A stretch of 64,000 nt of DNA from an uncultured Gammaproteobacteria bacterium (GTDB lineage: Bacteria; Patescibacteriota; Microgenomatia; UBA8517), in contig CAZCXV010000005.1 in the NCBI GenBank assembly GCA_964502815.1, positions 2,706 through 66,705 on the forward strand, in the 5' to 3' direction. Positions 19,134-28,853 of the stretch are shown here, piece after piece. The stretch's first letter is position 1. Every line of letters begins with the position of its first letter. A model generated the notes under the pieces. It had not been told where the DNA came from. It made no database searches and saw only the letters and a program-made list of their open reading frames with translations. Made by a program: the position numbers and the translations under genes.

Positions 19134-21599
19134 ATGCAAGACTCAAGTAAATATAATCATACAGTCATTGAAAAGAAATGGCAAGCCAAGTGGCGTGAAA
19201 CAAAGCTCTATAATCCAGACATTCTTCACACACAAAGAAAGAGTAAATTTTACAATCTCTGGATGTTTCCATATCCTTCTGCAGAAGGATTACATGCAGG
19301 CCATGCTTTTGCTTCAACTGGATCAGATATTGCTGGAAGATTCCAAAGAATGCATGCTAAAACCGTTTTTCAGCCAATAGGTTACGACTCCTTTGGAATT
19401 CATACCGAGAATTTTGCAATTAAGATTGGTGAGACTCCCCAAAAACTATTGGCACGAGCAACTATACACTATGAACAACAATTTAGAAGTATGGGTCATG
19501 GTTATGATTGGACAAGGACTGTAGCCACACATGAGAAGGATTACTACAAATGGACGCAGTGGCTATTTGTTAAGCTATTTAAAGCAGGATTGGCTTACAA
19601 AAAGAAAGCTTTTGTTAACTGGTGTCCTTCCTGTAAAACAGTTCTGTCTGACGAGCAAGTTGTTACTCCCGCTCAGGCAGGTAAGTTTCCACTAGGCTAC
19701 AGCTCCACAGAAGAGGTTCCAGAGGGTATTCGCGTCTGTGAGCGATGTGGTAGTATTCCTGAAAGAAAAGAACTGTCGCAGTGGTTTTTTAGAATTACTA
19801 AATATGCAGACAGACTTTTAGACAATCTTCCCAAGATAGATTGGACAGAAAAAGTCAAAGTGGCTCAGAAAGAATGGATTGGCCGGTCTGAAGGCGCCAA
19901 TGTTAAATTTGACTTAAAAGGGAAAAATCTAAATCTGGAAGTATTTACTACTAGACTTGACACAATTGATGGGGTAACGTTTTTGGTTCTGGCTCCAGAG
20001 AAAGTTGATAGTTTATTGGAAATCATACCTGCAAGTAATTTGAAGAATGTATCTAAATACATTAAAGACTCACTAAATAAATCAGAACAGCAAAGAAAAA
20101 GGGGAGAAAAAGAAAAAACTGGCGTAAATACTGGTCTTCTGGCGATAAATCCCTCTAATTTACAAGAAATCCCTGTTTGGATAGCCGACTATGTTCTTAT
20201 GGATTATGGAACAGGGGTAGTTATGGGTGTGCCTTATTTTGATGATCGAGATAAAGCTTTTGCAGAAAAATTTAGTTTGCCAATTCAGAAAATTAAGCTG
20301 AATAAAGAGATTATAAATGCTAAAAAAATCTGGTTTAAGAAAAAGGTACACTACCATTTGCGGGATTGGTTAATATCAAGACAAAGATATTGGGGGCCGC
20401 CTATTCCAATGATCCATTGCAAAAAGTGTGCGTCTGCAGGTAAGTCTTTCTTTGACCTTCAGAGCGTTACCTTGAAGGTGGAGCAAACAGATTGGAAACA
20501 TGCTGGCTGGTATCCTGAAGAAAATTTGCCTGTAGTATTGCCTGAAATATCAGATTATCAACCGGAAGGAAATGGTAAGGGGCCACTGGCTAATCACCCT
20601 GATTTCTATAAAGTAAACTGCCCAAATTGTGGAGGGGAAGCGGAGCGGGAAACTGACGTTTCAGACACTTTTGTTGATTCTTCCTGGTATTTTCTGCGCT
20701 ATCCAAGTGTAGATGCAGAGAGCAGTAGTAAGATGTCTTTTGATAACAAAATCACTAAGTCTTGGCTGCCTGTAGACTTATACTTTGGGGGAGCAGAACA
20801 CTCGGTACTTCATTTAATGTATGCCAGATTTGTGACGATGGTTTTGTCTGACTTGAAACTTATTGATTTTGAAGAACCTTTCCCAAGGTTTTATGCTCAC
20901 GGCTTAATGATTAAAGACGGTGCCAAGATGAGTAAATCCCGGGGTAATGTAGTCAACCCAGACGAATACATCGAAAAGTTTGGCGCAGATACCCTAAGGC
21001 TTTATTTGATGTTTATGGGGCCTATGGATGGCTTTCCTGACTTTAGGGATACAGGTATGGAAGGTATGCAAAGGTTTGTTAATAAACTTGCAAATATCTT
21101 TTCCCAGACACATGTGGACAAAGAAGATGGTGAGCTAACTGCTAAACTGCATCAAACTATAAAAAAAGTTACTAAAGATGTCGCCAGCTTTAACTACAAC
21201 ACTGCAATTTCAAGCTTGATGGAGTATGTAAATCATCTAAACACCAAAAAGAACTATTCAAAAATGTATTTGCTGCCTTTAGCTCAAATGATTGCACCGT
21301 TTGCACCACACTTAGCAGAAGAAGCCTGGGAACAACTAGGCCAAAACTATTCCATTCACACTTCAGCTTGGCCAGATTACCAGGAAGAGCTGACAAAACC
21401 AGCTGAACTAACAGTGATAGTTCAGGTGGATGGCAAAGTAAGATCGCAGTTGCAAGTAGCAAGCGGGCAAGTGGAAAATAAAAATGAAGTTCTTGCACGA
21501 GCAAAAGATATTAAGAGCATTAAAAAATATCTTGAAGGGGCTAAGATAGCCAAAGAAATCTATGTTCCCGGAAAAGTTATCAATTTTGTTACAAAGTGA
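19134..21599 (+). CDS. leuS: Leucyl-tRNA synthetase
   Basis: HAGHAF (HIGH-type) motif, KMSKSRGN motif, editing-domain insertion, 821 aa. Confidence 0.92.
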   Translation: MQDSSKYNHTVIEKKWQAKWRETKLYNPDILHTQRKSKFYNLWMFPYPSAEGLHAGHAFASTGSDIAGRFQRMHAKTVFQPIGYDSFGIHTENFAIKIGETPQKLLARATIHYEQQFRSMGHGYDWTRTVATHEKDYYKWTQWLFVKLFKAGLAYKKKAFVNWCPSCKTVLSDEQVVTPAQAGKFPLGYSSTEEVPEGIRVCERCGSIPERKELSQWFFRITKYADRLLDNLPKIDWTEKVKVAQKEWIGRSEGANVKFDLKGKNLNLEVFTTRLDTIDGVTFLVLAPEKVDSLLEIIPASNLKNVSKYIKDSLNKSEQQRKRGEKEKTGVNTGLLAINPSNLQEIPVWIADYVLMDYGTGVVMGVPYFDDRDKAFAEKFSLPIQKIKLNKEIINAKKIWFKKKVHYHLRDWLISRQRYWGPPIPMIHCKKCASAGKSFFDLQSVTLKVEQTDWKHAGWYPEENLPVVLPEISDYQPEGNGKGPLANHPDFYKVNCPNCGGEAERETDVSDTFVDSSWYFLRYPSVDAESSSKMSFDNKITKSWLPVDLYFGGAEHSVLHLMYARFVTMVLSDLKLIDFEEPFPRFYAHGLMIKDGAKMSKSRGNVVNPDEYIEKFGADTLRLYLMFMGPMDGFPDFRDTGMEGMQRFVNKLANIFSQTHVDKEDGELTAKLHQTIKKVTKDVASFNYNTAISSLMEYVNHLNTKKNYSKMYLLPLAQMIAPFAPHLAEEAWEQLGQNYSIHTSAWPDYQEELTKPAELTVIVQVDGKVRSQLQVASGQVENKNEVLARAKDIKSIKKYLEGAKIAKEIYVPGKVINFVTK

Positions 21600-22206
21600 T
21601 GAGAAGTTGGCTGGCTTTGCCAAAAAAGGCTGGCTATTTCTTTTGCCCTTGGTTGGTTTACTCCTAATAGGTTTTGGAATTCTGGCTGCTAAAGTTTCTC
21701 TAACTCCTTTAGAAAAAGTGGAGATAATAAGCCCCTCAACACTTCCTGAAAATTTTTCAGAAATCATTGTAGAAGTTACAGGGGAGGTCAATAAACCTGG
21801 AGTATACCACTTACCAAAAGATTCCAGAATTGAAGATCTGCTTTTCAAAGGGGATGGGTTTACCAAAGACGCTGATAGTAAATGGATTACCAAGAATTTA
21901 AATCGGGCGGCAAAACTTGTTGACGGGCAAAAGTTGTATATCCCTAATCAGTCGGAAGTCTTGAGTGCCAGCGTTGTAACTACGGGGTCGACTACATCAA
22001 ACAGTATCATTGGCAATTCTGCAACAAACATCAATATTAACTCTGCAAGCAAAGAACAGTTGGAATCTTTGTCAGGAATAGGCCCTGTTTACGCCCAAAA
22101 GATAATTGACAACAGACCTTACTCAGATATCTCTGAACTGACTTCCAAAAGAATAATTCCTCAAAAAACCTTCGACAAGATAAAAGACCAGATTTCTGTT
22201 TACTGA
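21562..22206 (+). CDS. comEA: Competence protein ComEA (SLBB plus helix-hairpin-helix DNA receptor)
   Basis: N-terminal TM, SLBB-like VTGEVNKPGVYHLP, C-terminal tandem HhH (LESLSGIGPVYAQKIIDNRPY). Start uncertain; it overlaps the leuS 3' end. Confidence 0.7.
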   Translation: MFPEKLSILLQSDEKLAGFAKKGWLFLLPLVGLLLIGFGILAAKVSLTPLEKVEIISPSTLPENFSEIIVEVTGEVNKPGVYHLPKDSRIEDLLFKGDGFTKDADSKWITKNLNRAAKLVDGQKLYIPNQSEVLSASVVTTGSTTSNSIIGNSATNININSASKEQLESLSGIGPVYAQKIIDNRPYSDISELTSKRIIPQKTFDKIKDQISVY

Positions 22207-23270
22207 TGAAAATACGCTATCTTTTTTGGCTTGTCTTAATATCCATTTTTGCTGTCAGATATGTTTACACTAGACCAGTTTATAAAGATGGGGATAGAGT
22301 AAGAATTACAACTAGCGTTAGGTCTGAACCATTAAGATATCCTAATTCCCAATACTTAAAAATATCAGGGTTAAAAACATATTTACCTATATTCCCTGAA
22401 CTTTCGTATGGTGACAATATAATTGTTGAAGGAACAGTTGATAACCAAAAGGGAAGGCTTAAAAATCCAAGTCTTTTAAACGTCCATAAAAGTACTAATT
22501 TATTGTATCACTTTAGACAAAGGCTAATTAACTTTTATAAGTCTTCTCTTCCCCAACCACATTCTTCATTAATTGCCGGGGTTGTTATTGGCGCCAAACA
22601 AAATCTCCCTCCAGATTTTTGGCAAAGTTTGAAAAACAAAGGTCTGGCTCATGTTGTCGTGGCGTCGGGAATGAACATTACTTTAGTGGGAGGATTTCTC
22701 TTAAACTCAACTCTTCCAGCCTTTGGCAGAAAAAAAGCTTTGACGATAGCAGTAGCGGGAATCTGGACCTACGCGTTTGTCTCAGGTTTTGATGCCCCGA
22801 TAGTCAGAGCTGCCATTATGGGAACAATTGCCTTTACGGCTCAACAGTTTGGCAGGGTTAATCTACCTTTAAGGGCTCTGTTTTTGACAGCTTTCTTAAT
22901 GCTTATAGTAAATCCCAGTTGGATATTAGACTTTGGTTTCATTCTTTCGTTTACGGCGACGCTGTCATTGATACTGTTTCAGACTAAAGTTGGTAGATTG
23001 ATATATTTTGTACCAGAATTTTTGAGACAAGATTTGGCGACTACCTTGGCAGCCCAAATAGGAGTTGCTCCAATTTTGTATTTTGCTTTTGGCCAACTGA
23101 ACTTTTTGTCGCCAGTTTATAACCTCCTTGTTCTTTGGACAATTCCTTTAATAACAATATTTGGCTTTATGGGAGGACTAATAGGCTTGATTGTTCCAGA
23201 GGTTGGTAGATTGATACTATTTGTTGTATATCCTTTGACTTCTTGGTTTGTCTTAGTTACAACTAAGTAA
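22206..23270 (+). CDS. comEC: ComEC/Rec2 competence channel, membrane (DUF4131 plus Competence) domains only
   Basis: Polytopic membrane protein with ComEC-type motifs (LAHVVVASGMNITLVGGF). It ends in a stop codon before the metallo-beta-lactamase domain. Confidence 0.65.
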   Translation: MKIRYLFWLVLISIFAVRYVYTRPVYKDGDRVRITTSVRSEPLRYPNSQYLKISGLKTYLPIFPELSYGDNIIVEGTVDNQKGRLKNPSLLNVHKSTNLLYHFRQRLINFYKSSLPQPHSSLIAGVVIGAKQNLPPDFWQSLKNKGLAHVVVASGMNITLVGGFLLNSTLPAFGRKKALTIAVAGIWTYAFVSGFDAPIVRAAIMGTIAFTAQQFGRVNLPLRALFLTAFLMLIVNPSWILDFGFILSFTATLSLILFQTKVGRLIYFVPEFLRQDLATTLAAQIGVAPILYFAFGQLNFLSPVYNLLVLWTIPLITIFGFMGGLIGLIVPEVGRLILFVVYPLTSWFVLVTTK

Positions 23271-23297
23271 GTATTTTGTTGTTAGTAAATAAATAAA

Positions 23298-24149
23298 ATG
23301 AAAATATTTAAAAATTTCGCCGTTTTGTTATTACTTCTTAACGCAACTGTGTGGATTTCGGTATTTGCCTTTCCAAACGACAAACTCCAGCTAATTGCTT
23401 GCGATGTAGGACAAGGGGATGCAATTCTTATTAACTACAAAAGCTTTCAGATATTAACAGATGGAGGACCTGATAATTCTGTATCAAATTGTTTGTCAAA
23501 ATATATGCCTTTTTGGGATAGGACAATTGAAGTAGTTATTTTGACAAATCCAGACAAAGATCACTACCAAGGACTTATTGATGTCCTAAAAACTTACAAA
23601 GTGGAAAACTATATTGAAAGCTATTTACCAGATAGCACTCAAGGATACAAAGTGCTACAAGATACAGTAGGGAGTAGTGGTACTAAGGTGTTAAAACCCC
23701 AAAAAGGCACAAGTATCAGGTATGGTTTGATGTCTTTAGATATAATTTACCCAGAAGGTAGTGTAAAAACTGATTTTAAAAGTCCTCAAAACAACAATTC
23801 AACTGTTACAGTTCTTATATTTGGAGATTTTAAGGCCATATTTACCGGAGATATTGAAGAGGAAGCCTCAGATTATATGGCTCAATATATTAACATTGGA
23901 AAGGTAGACTATATCAAAGTAGCACATCACGGAAGTAAGAATGGAATTACTAAGAGCCTGTTAGAACAATTAAGGCCAAAAATTGCGGTTATCTCTGCGG
24001 GGAAAAAGAATAGTTATGGCCATCCCCACAAAGAAGTCCTAGATATGCTTCAAGAATACCAAGTAAAAATCTATGGCACCTATGACAATGGAGATATAAT
24101 ATTTACAACAGACGGAAAGACTTATCAGAAAGATAAATTTCCATATTGA
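23298..24149 (+). CDS. ComEC-type metallo-beta-lactamase domain protein (separate ORF with its own N-terminal TM)
   Basis: ACDVGQGDAILI...DHYQGL...VAHHGSKNG MBL motifs. 27-nt gap and a different frame from the upstream comEC membrane ORF. Confidence 0.65.
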   Translation: MKIFKNFAVLLLLLNATVWISVFAFPNDKLQLIACDVGQGDAILINYKSFQILTDGGPDNSVSNCLSKYMPFWDRTIEVVILTNPDKDHYQGLIDVLKTYKVENYIESYLPDSTQGYKVLQDTVGSSGTKVLKPQKGTSIRYGLMSLDIIYPEGSVKTDFKSPQNNNSTVTVLIFGDFKAIFTGDIEEEASDYMAQYINIGKVDYIKVAHHGSKNGITKSLLEQLRPKIAVISAGKKNSYGHPHKEVLDMLQEYQVKIYGTYDNGDIIFTTDGKTYQKDKFPY

Positions 24150-25864
24150 GCAAGAAAGATATAAAATTGGCTATGGTTAGGGGTCAACTACTAAAAGTAC
24201 TTAAAGATTTATCTGGGGAAAAGGAAATTCATCTAGAGTTTCCGGAGCGCCAGGAGCATGGGGATTATACAACCAACATAGCTATGATAATGGCAAAAAA
24301 GGAAGATAAAAACCCTAGAGAATATGCCCAAGAACTAGTCAAAAAGTTATCACAAGTTGCTAGTTTGATGGCATTTGTTTCAAAAATAGAAATGGCCGGC
24401 CCAGGCTTTATTAATTTCTTTTTGCAGGAAGAATATATAGTAAAAAAGATAGTAGAAATTGATGAGACTTATGGAACTTCAATTGAAAACGAAGGAAAAG
24501 AGGTTATTGTTGAGTACAGCTCTCCCAATATCGCCAAACCTTTTGGAGTGGGACACCTAAGATCAACCATTATTGGCGATTGCATAGCTAACCTTCTGGA
24601 AGCTACTGGCTGGAAAGTTTACCGCGACAATCATTTGGGAGATTGGGGTACTCAGTTTGGCAAGCAAATCTATGCGATTAAGGCTTGGGGCAATGAAGAG
24701 GATTTGGATAAATCAACAAAACCAATTAAGGATTTAGTAGCTTTGTACGTCAAATTCCACGAAGAAGCCCAAAAAGATCCTTCTTTGGAAGAAGGGGCCA
24801 GAAAATGGTTCAAGAAACTTGAAGAAGGCGATAGTGAAGCCAAAAGGTTGTGGAAAAAATGCATAGACTGGTCTTTTAAGGAATTCTCCAAGCTTTACCA
24901 GAAGCTTGGGGTTAGTTTTACTGAAAATAACGGCTTGGGGTATGGTGAATCTTACTTTGAAGATAAAATGCAACCTATTATTATTGAACTCCAAGAAAAA
25001 GGGTTCCTAAAAGAAAGTCAGGGGGCAAAGCTATTATTTTTCCCCAAAGACAAATATCCACCATTAATGATTCTCAAAAAAGACGGTGCAACACTTTATG
25101 CAACCAGAGATTTAGCAACAGACAAATTTAGACTTGAAAAATATGGCAAAGACATCTTGGTTATTAACGAAGTTGGTGGAGAACAAAGCCTTTATTGGAA
25201 ACAAGTATTTGAGACTGAATACCTACTAGGGTGGTATAAAAAAGGGCAAAGAATCCATATTGGCCATGGGATGATTAGACTGAAGACTGGCAAAATGTCG
25301 ACCAGAAAAGGGACAACAATCCTTTTGGAAGACATCTTAGACGAAGCTGTCAAGCGTGCAACAACTTTGGCTAAGGACGGACAGATTGAAAATTTAAACA
25401 AAGTTTCCCAGCAAGTAGGAATGGGAGCAATAAAATGGAATGATTTAAAAAGAGATTATAAACAAGATATTCTTTTTGATTGGGACGAGATTTTGAATAT
25501 GCAAGGTAACTCTGGTCCATATATTCAGTACACCTATGCCAGAACCCAAAGTATTTTGGCAAAATCTACCCTTCAGGGTGTCACCCTGCAGGAGACAGAG
25601 GGTCTTGAAGCCGAAGAACTATCGGTCGCAAAACATCTAGTTAAGTTCCCAGAAATTGTAAGCTTTGCAGCAATTAATTACTCACCAAATCTGCTTTGTA
25701 ATTATCTTTTTGAACTGGCTCAAAAATTCAATACTTTCTATAATAAACATAAAGTTATAGGTAGCCAGAAAGAGGAGTATAGACTACTTCTGACGAAAGC
25801 CACAGGTCAAGTTCTTAAAAACGGTCTTAACTTACTTGGCATTGAAACCCCAAAAAGAATGTAA
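24146..25864 (+). CDS. argS: Arginyl-tRNA synthetase
   Basis: Class I motifs SSPNIAKPFGVGHLRS and KMSTRKG; C-terminal DALR anticodon-binding domain. TTG start at 24146 overlaps the upstream stop; an alternative ATG lies at 24173. Confidence 0.9.
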   Translation: MSKKDIKLAMVRGQLLKVLKDLSGEKEIHLEFPERQEHGDYTTNIAMIMAKKEDKNPREYAQELVKKLSQVASLMAFVSKIEMAGPGFINFFLQEEYIVKKIVEIDETYGTSIENEGKEVIVEYSSPNIAKPFGVGHLRSTIIGDCIANLLEATGWKVYRDNHLGDWGTQFGKQIYAIKAWGNEEDLDKSTKPIKDLVALYVKFHEEAQKDPSLEEGARKWFKKLEEGDSEAKRLWKKCIDWSFKEFSKLYQKLGVSFTENNGLGYGESYFEDKMQPIIIELQEKGFLKESQGAKLLFFPKDKYPPLMILKKDGATLYATRDLATDKFRLEKYGKDILVINEVGGEQSLYWKQVFETEYLLGWYKKGQRIHIGHGMIRLKTGKMSTRKGTTILLEDILDEAVKRATTLAKDGQIENLNKVSQQVGMGAIKWNDLKRDYKQDILFDWDEILNMQGNSGPYIQYTYARTQSILAKSTLQGVTLQETEGLEAEELSVAKHLVKFPEIVSFAAINYSPNLLCNYLFELAQKFNTFYNKHKVIGSQKEEYRLLLTKATGQVLKNGLNLLGIETPKRM

Positions 25865-25888
25865 CCTTCAAGGTGTCACCTTGAAGGT
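25864..25888. terminator. 25-nt palindrome ACCTTCAAGGTGTCACCTTGAAGGT; bidirectional terminator / REP-like element between convergent argS and a DUF1003 gene
   Basis: Perfect 10-bp stem with a short loop; identical copy at 35976-36000; variants at 25574-25588 and 63872-63892. Confidence 0.55.
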
Positions 25889-26443
25889 GTTTTCGATTTC
25901 CTTAGCCACTTTTTTAACAGGTTGAGTGACAATAGTATTAAAGGTATGTGTTTTAGGCGGGGCAAGTTGCTTTTCCAGCTGTCTTTCAATGTAGGAGGCG
26001 TCAAGATCTTTAATCATATCTTCAAGTTCAGGATCATTCATTAAAATCTTGTGATGTCTATTCAAGTCATGCAACAGCCTTAAAATTTTGGTAATTTCTT
26101 TCTCTGAAATAAGGTTTATCTGTAGATGTAGTTCCTCCCGAAGGGTGGAAACATAACTTTGCCTGTTTTGAGCGATAAGGACGATGATCGTCAAAAATAT
26201 AGCCTCCAAGGAAACTATGGTCGTCAGCATAGTAAAAGGATAGTGATCAAAAATAGGAAGAGGGGTTAAACCTGTATTTATAACAATCCAACTGCTAAAA
26301 AAAAGGGCATTAATGATAAAAAACTCAATACTGCCAAAAAAGGAAGCTACTTGGTCGGCAAATTTTAGAAACCAATTTCTTGTTTTGAGTTCCTTAGCTT
26401 CAAAGCTTTTAATCAATCTGTAGGTTGAGTGAGTATTAGACAT
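25868..26443 (-). CDS. DUF1003-family membrane protein
   Basis: Two TM helices with the FDHYPF...IAQNRQ signature typical of PF06210-like proteins, then a charged C-terminal coiled coil. Confidence 0.55.
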   Translation of the reverse strand: MSNTHSTYRLIKSFEAKELKTRNWFLKFADQVASFFGSIEFFIINALFFSSWIVINTGLTPLPIFDHYPFTMLTTIVSLEAIFLTIIVLIAQNRQSYVSTLREELHLQINLISEKEITKILRLLHDLNRHHKILMNDPELEDMIKDLDASYIERQLEKQLAPPKTHTFNTIVTQPVKKVAKEIENTFKVTP

Positions 26444-26468
26444 GCCTCTAATATAATATTAACTCTTT

Positions 26469-26477
26469 TGGTATAAT
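26469..26477 (+). promoter_or_regulatory. Extended -10 promoter element TGgTATAAT
   Basis: TG at 26469-70, TATAAT 26472-26477, 8 nt before ATG 26486; no SD, so a near-leaderless transcript. Confidence 0.4.
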
Positions 26478-26485
26478 TTACAAAT

Positions 26486-27772
26486 ATGGAATGTAAATTA
26501 GCAGAGCTTGCAAATAGACTGAGGGTTATTACCGTTCCCATGCCATCACTTGAGTCAGCAACTGTTACTGTTTGGGTGGGGACTGGTTCCAGGTATGAAA
26601 CTCAAAAGATTTCGGGCATCAGCCATTTTTTGGAGCATATGGTTTTTAAAGGCAGCAAAAGAAGGCCTTCTGCCAGGGAAATTGCCGAAGCCGTGGATAG
26701 CATTGGCGGAGAGTTTAATGCCGGGACTTCTAAGGATTGGACTAACTTCTATATTAGAAGCAGATCTGCCAGTCTTGAGACAGCCTTTGATGTTCTTTCC
26801 GATATGGTTTTGGCTCCGCTTCTCAAAAAAGATGATATTGAAAGGGAGAAGGGAGTAATAGTTGAAGAAATTGCTATGTATGAGGATACGCCAATGCAGA
26901 ACATTGGCAATATCTTTGAGCAGCTAATTTTTTCTGGCAACCCTCTGGGAATGGATATTGCTGGGGACAAAAAAACAGTCAGAAGTTTAACTAGGCAGGA
27001 TTTCGTAGATTATCGAAATAGTCATTATCACCCGGACAATATTGTCTTGACTGTTTCTGGAGGGATAAGTCAAAAGCAAGTATTTAAGCTGGCAGAAAAA
27101 TACTTTGGCAGTCTGGAGGAGACAAAAAAGCAAAAGACGAATGATTTTAAAAAATTTAGTCACAAACAAGATAAGCCAGAAGTAAAACTCAAAACCAAGA
27201 CTAATTCAGAACAAGGTCATTTTATTTTGGGCTTTAGAGGGCTTCCTAGGGGTCACAAAGACAGATTTGCAGAAGGAGTGCTGTCTTCCATTTTGGGTGG
27301 AGGCATGTCAAGCCGGATGTTCACTGAGATCAGAGAGAAAAGGGGACTAGCATATGCTGTACACTCAGACGCTGAGCATTACGGCGACACTGGCTACTTT
27401 GGCATCTATGCGGGAGTATTGGTAACAAAGATTGAGGATGCTATAAAAGTAATCTTAGAGGAGACAGACAAGTTCGCATTGGGCAAGGCAGATTTGACGG
27501 ATCAGGAACTATCTAAAGCTAAAGAATATATTAGAGGACATATGGCATTGGTATTAGAAAACACCAAGGCAGTGAATTCTTTTTTTGGCATGAAGGAGCT
27601 TTTAGAAGAAAAACAAGAGACTCCTGAGGAAGTATTTGAGAGTATTGCCAAAGTCACCAAGGAAGATGTCTACAATATTGCCAAAAAGCTCTTCAAGAAA
27701 GATAGCTTGAACCTAGGTATAATTGGCCCCTACAAAGATCAAGACAAGTTTGCTAAAATGCTACTAAACTAA
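26486..27772 (+). CDS. M16 family zinc peptidase (insulinase-like)
   Basis: Inverted zinc motif HFLEHMVFKG (HxxEH) plus a distal Glu; 428 aa. Confidence 0.85.
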   Translation: MECKLAELANRLRVITVPMPSLESATVTVWVGTGSRYETQKISGISHFLEHMVFKGSKRRPSAREIAEAVDSIGGEFNAGTSKDWTNFYIRSRSASLETAFDVLSDMVLAPLLKKDDIEREKGVIVEEIAMYEDTPMQNIGNIFEQLIFSGNPLGMDIAGDKKTVRSLTRQDFVDYRNSHYHPDNIVLTVSGGISQKQVFKLAEKYFGSLEETKKQKTNDFKKFSHKQDKPEVKLKTKTNSEQGHFILGFRGLPRGHKDRFAEGVLSSILGGGMSSRMFTEIREKRGLAYAVHSDAEHYGDTGYFGIYAGVLVTKIEDAIKVILEETDKFALGKADLTDQELSKAKEYIRGHMALVLENTKAVNSFFGMKELLEEKQETPEEVFESIAKVTKEDVYNIAKKLFKKDSLNLGIIGPYKDQDKFAKMLLN

Positions 27773-27774
27773 AT

Positions 27775-28239
27775 ATGGAACAAACCTGCGTGCTTCTAAA
27801 ACCTGACTCACTCCAGAGAGGGCTTGTTGGTGAAATAATTCACCGCTTTGAAAGAAAAGGTCTAAAGCTTAAGGCCATAAAAATGATGACCATGTCAGAA
27901 GAGCTTATCAATAATTGGTATGCTCATCACCGAGAAAAAGATTTTTTTAAAGATATCCAAAGATTTATGACCTCAACACCTATTGTTGCAATGATTTGGG
28001 AAGGTGTTGGAGCAATTGCTGCAGTCAGAAAGATTGTGGGTGTAACTAAAGGCAGAGAAGCAGAAGGTGGATCTATTAGAGGAGATTTTGGCATGAGCGG
28101 ATCCCAGAATCTTATACACGCTTCAGACTCACAAGAATCAGCCAGAAAGGAAATTGGTTTAATTTTTGCAAAAGAGGAAATATTTAATTACCAAAGCGCA
28201 GTTGATTGTCTTATTTATAGCCCGAAAGAAATAGTTTAA
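27775..28239 (+). CDS. ndk: Nucleoside diphosphate kinase
   Basis: LLKPD, catalytic His in NLIHASDS, 154 aa. Confidence 0.9.
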   Translation: MEQTCVLLKPDSLQRGLVGEIIHRFERKGLKLKAIKMMTMSEELINNWYAHHREKDFFKDIQRFMTSTPIVAMIWEGVGAIAAVRKIVGVTKGREAEGGSIRGDFGMSGSQNLIHASDSQESARKEIGLIFAKEEIFNYQSAVDCLIYSPKEIV

Positions 28240-28853
28240 TCTTCCACTTCTCGTTCTCGAAGCATCTCTTTTTGAAACTCCTCGGTAATTAAGGTTGTAG
28301 TTTGGCTAAAGATATCTGTATATAAGTCACTGTTTTTTTGGAAACCACTAACAATATTTTTAACCAGTAGTCCACTAATAATGATTAAAGAAACCAGTGT
28401 CAAAGCTCCTACAATAGCTTGTGCAGGCCTTTTGACTATTACAACAGTACTTGCTGCCATATCATGCCAAGTCTGTTGATTTGGGTCTCTCAACATCCAC
28501 CAAAAACCCAGGCCAAAAAGAGGAGATGAAATAAATTTGGCAATAAACTCTCTAAAGAAGGCCTTCTTGAAAGTTAACCTATGGCCATCTAAATCACTAA
28601 TTTCAATTCCAGTCAAAAGTTTACCTATAGATCCGCCAAATTGGGAAACAAGGTAGGCTTGTAAAAGAGCAATAAGTGTTCCTGATAGGAAAAGAAATAC
28701 TAAAATATTTAATACCGAATTAAATATTTGAGGGAGGTCGGTGGCAGATGCAATACCGACAAGTAAAAGCAAATAAAGAGTACTTCTAACCAAAAACTCA
28801 ATTAGGTGAGCTATGACTCTTAAAGCTGGTGAAGCATATTTTTTGCTGTCCAT
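28236..28853 (-). CDS. RDD family membrane protein
   Basis: Three or four TM segments, conserved W...D...TWHDMAASTVVI C-terminal signature. Confidence 0.6.
   Translation of the reverse strand: MDSKKYASPALRVIAHLIEFLVRSTLYLLLLVGIASATDLPQIFNSVLNILVFLFLSGTLIALLQAYLVSQFGGSIGKLLTGIEISDLDGHRLTFKKAFFREFIAKFISSPLFGLGFWWMLRDPNQQTWHDMAASTVVIVKRPAQAIVGALTLVSLIIISGLLVKNIVSGFQKNSDLYTDIFSQTTTLITEEFQKEMLREREVED

Noticed and set aside
18991-19380. 129-aa ORF overlapping the leuS start
   Set aside because: It runs out of frame across the well-supported leuS N-terminus, so it is spurious.
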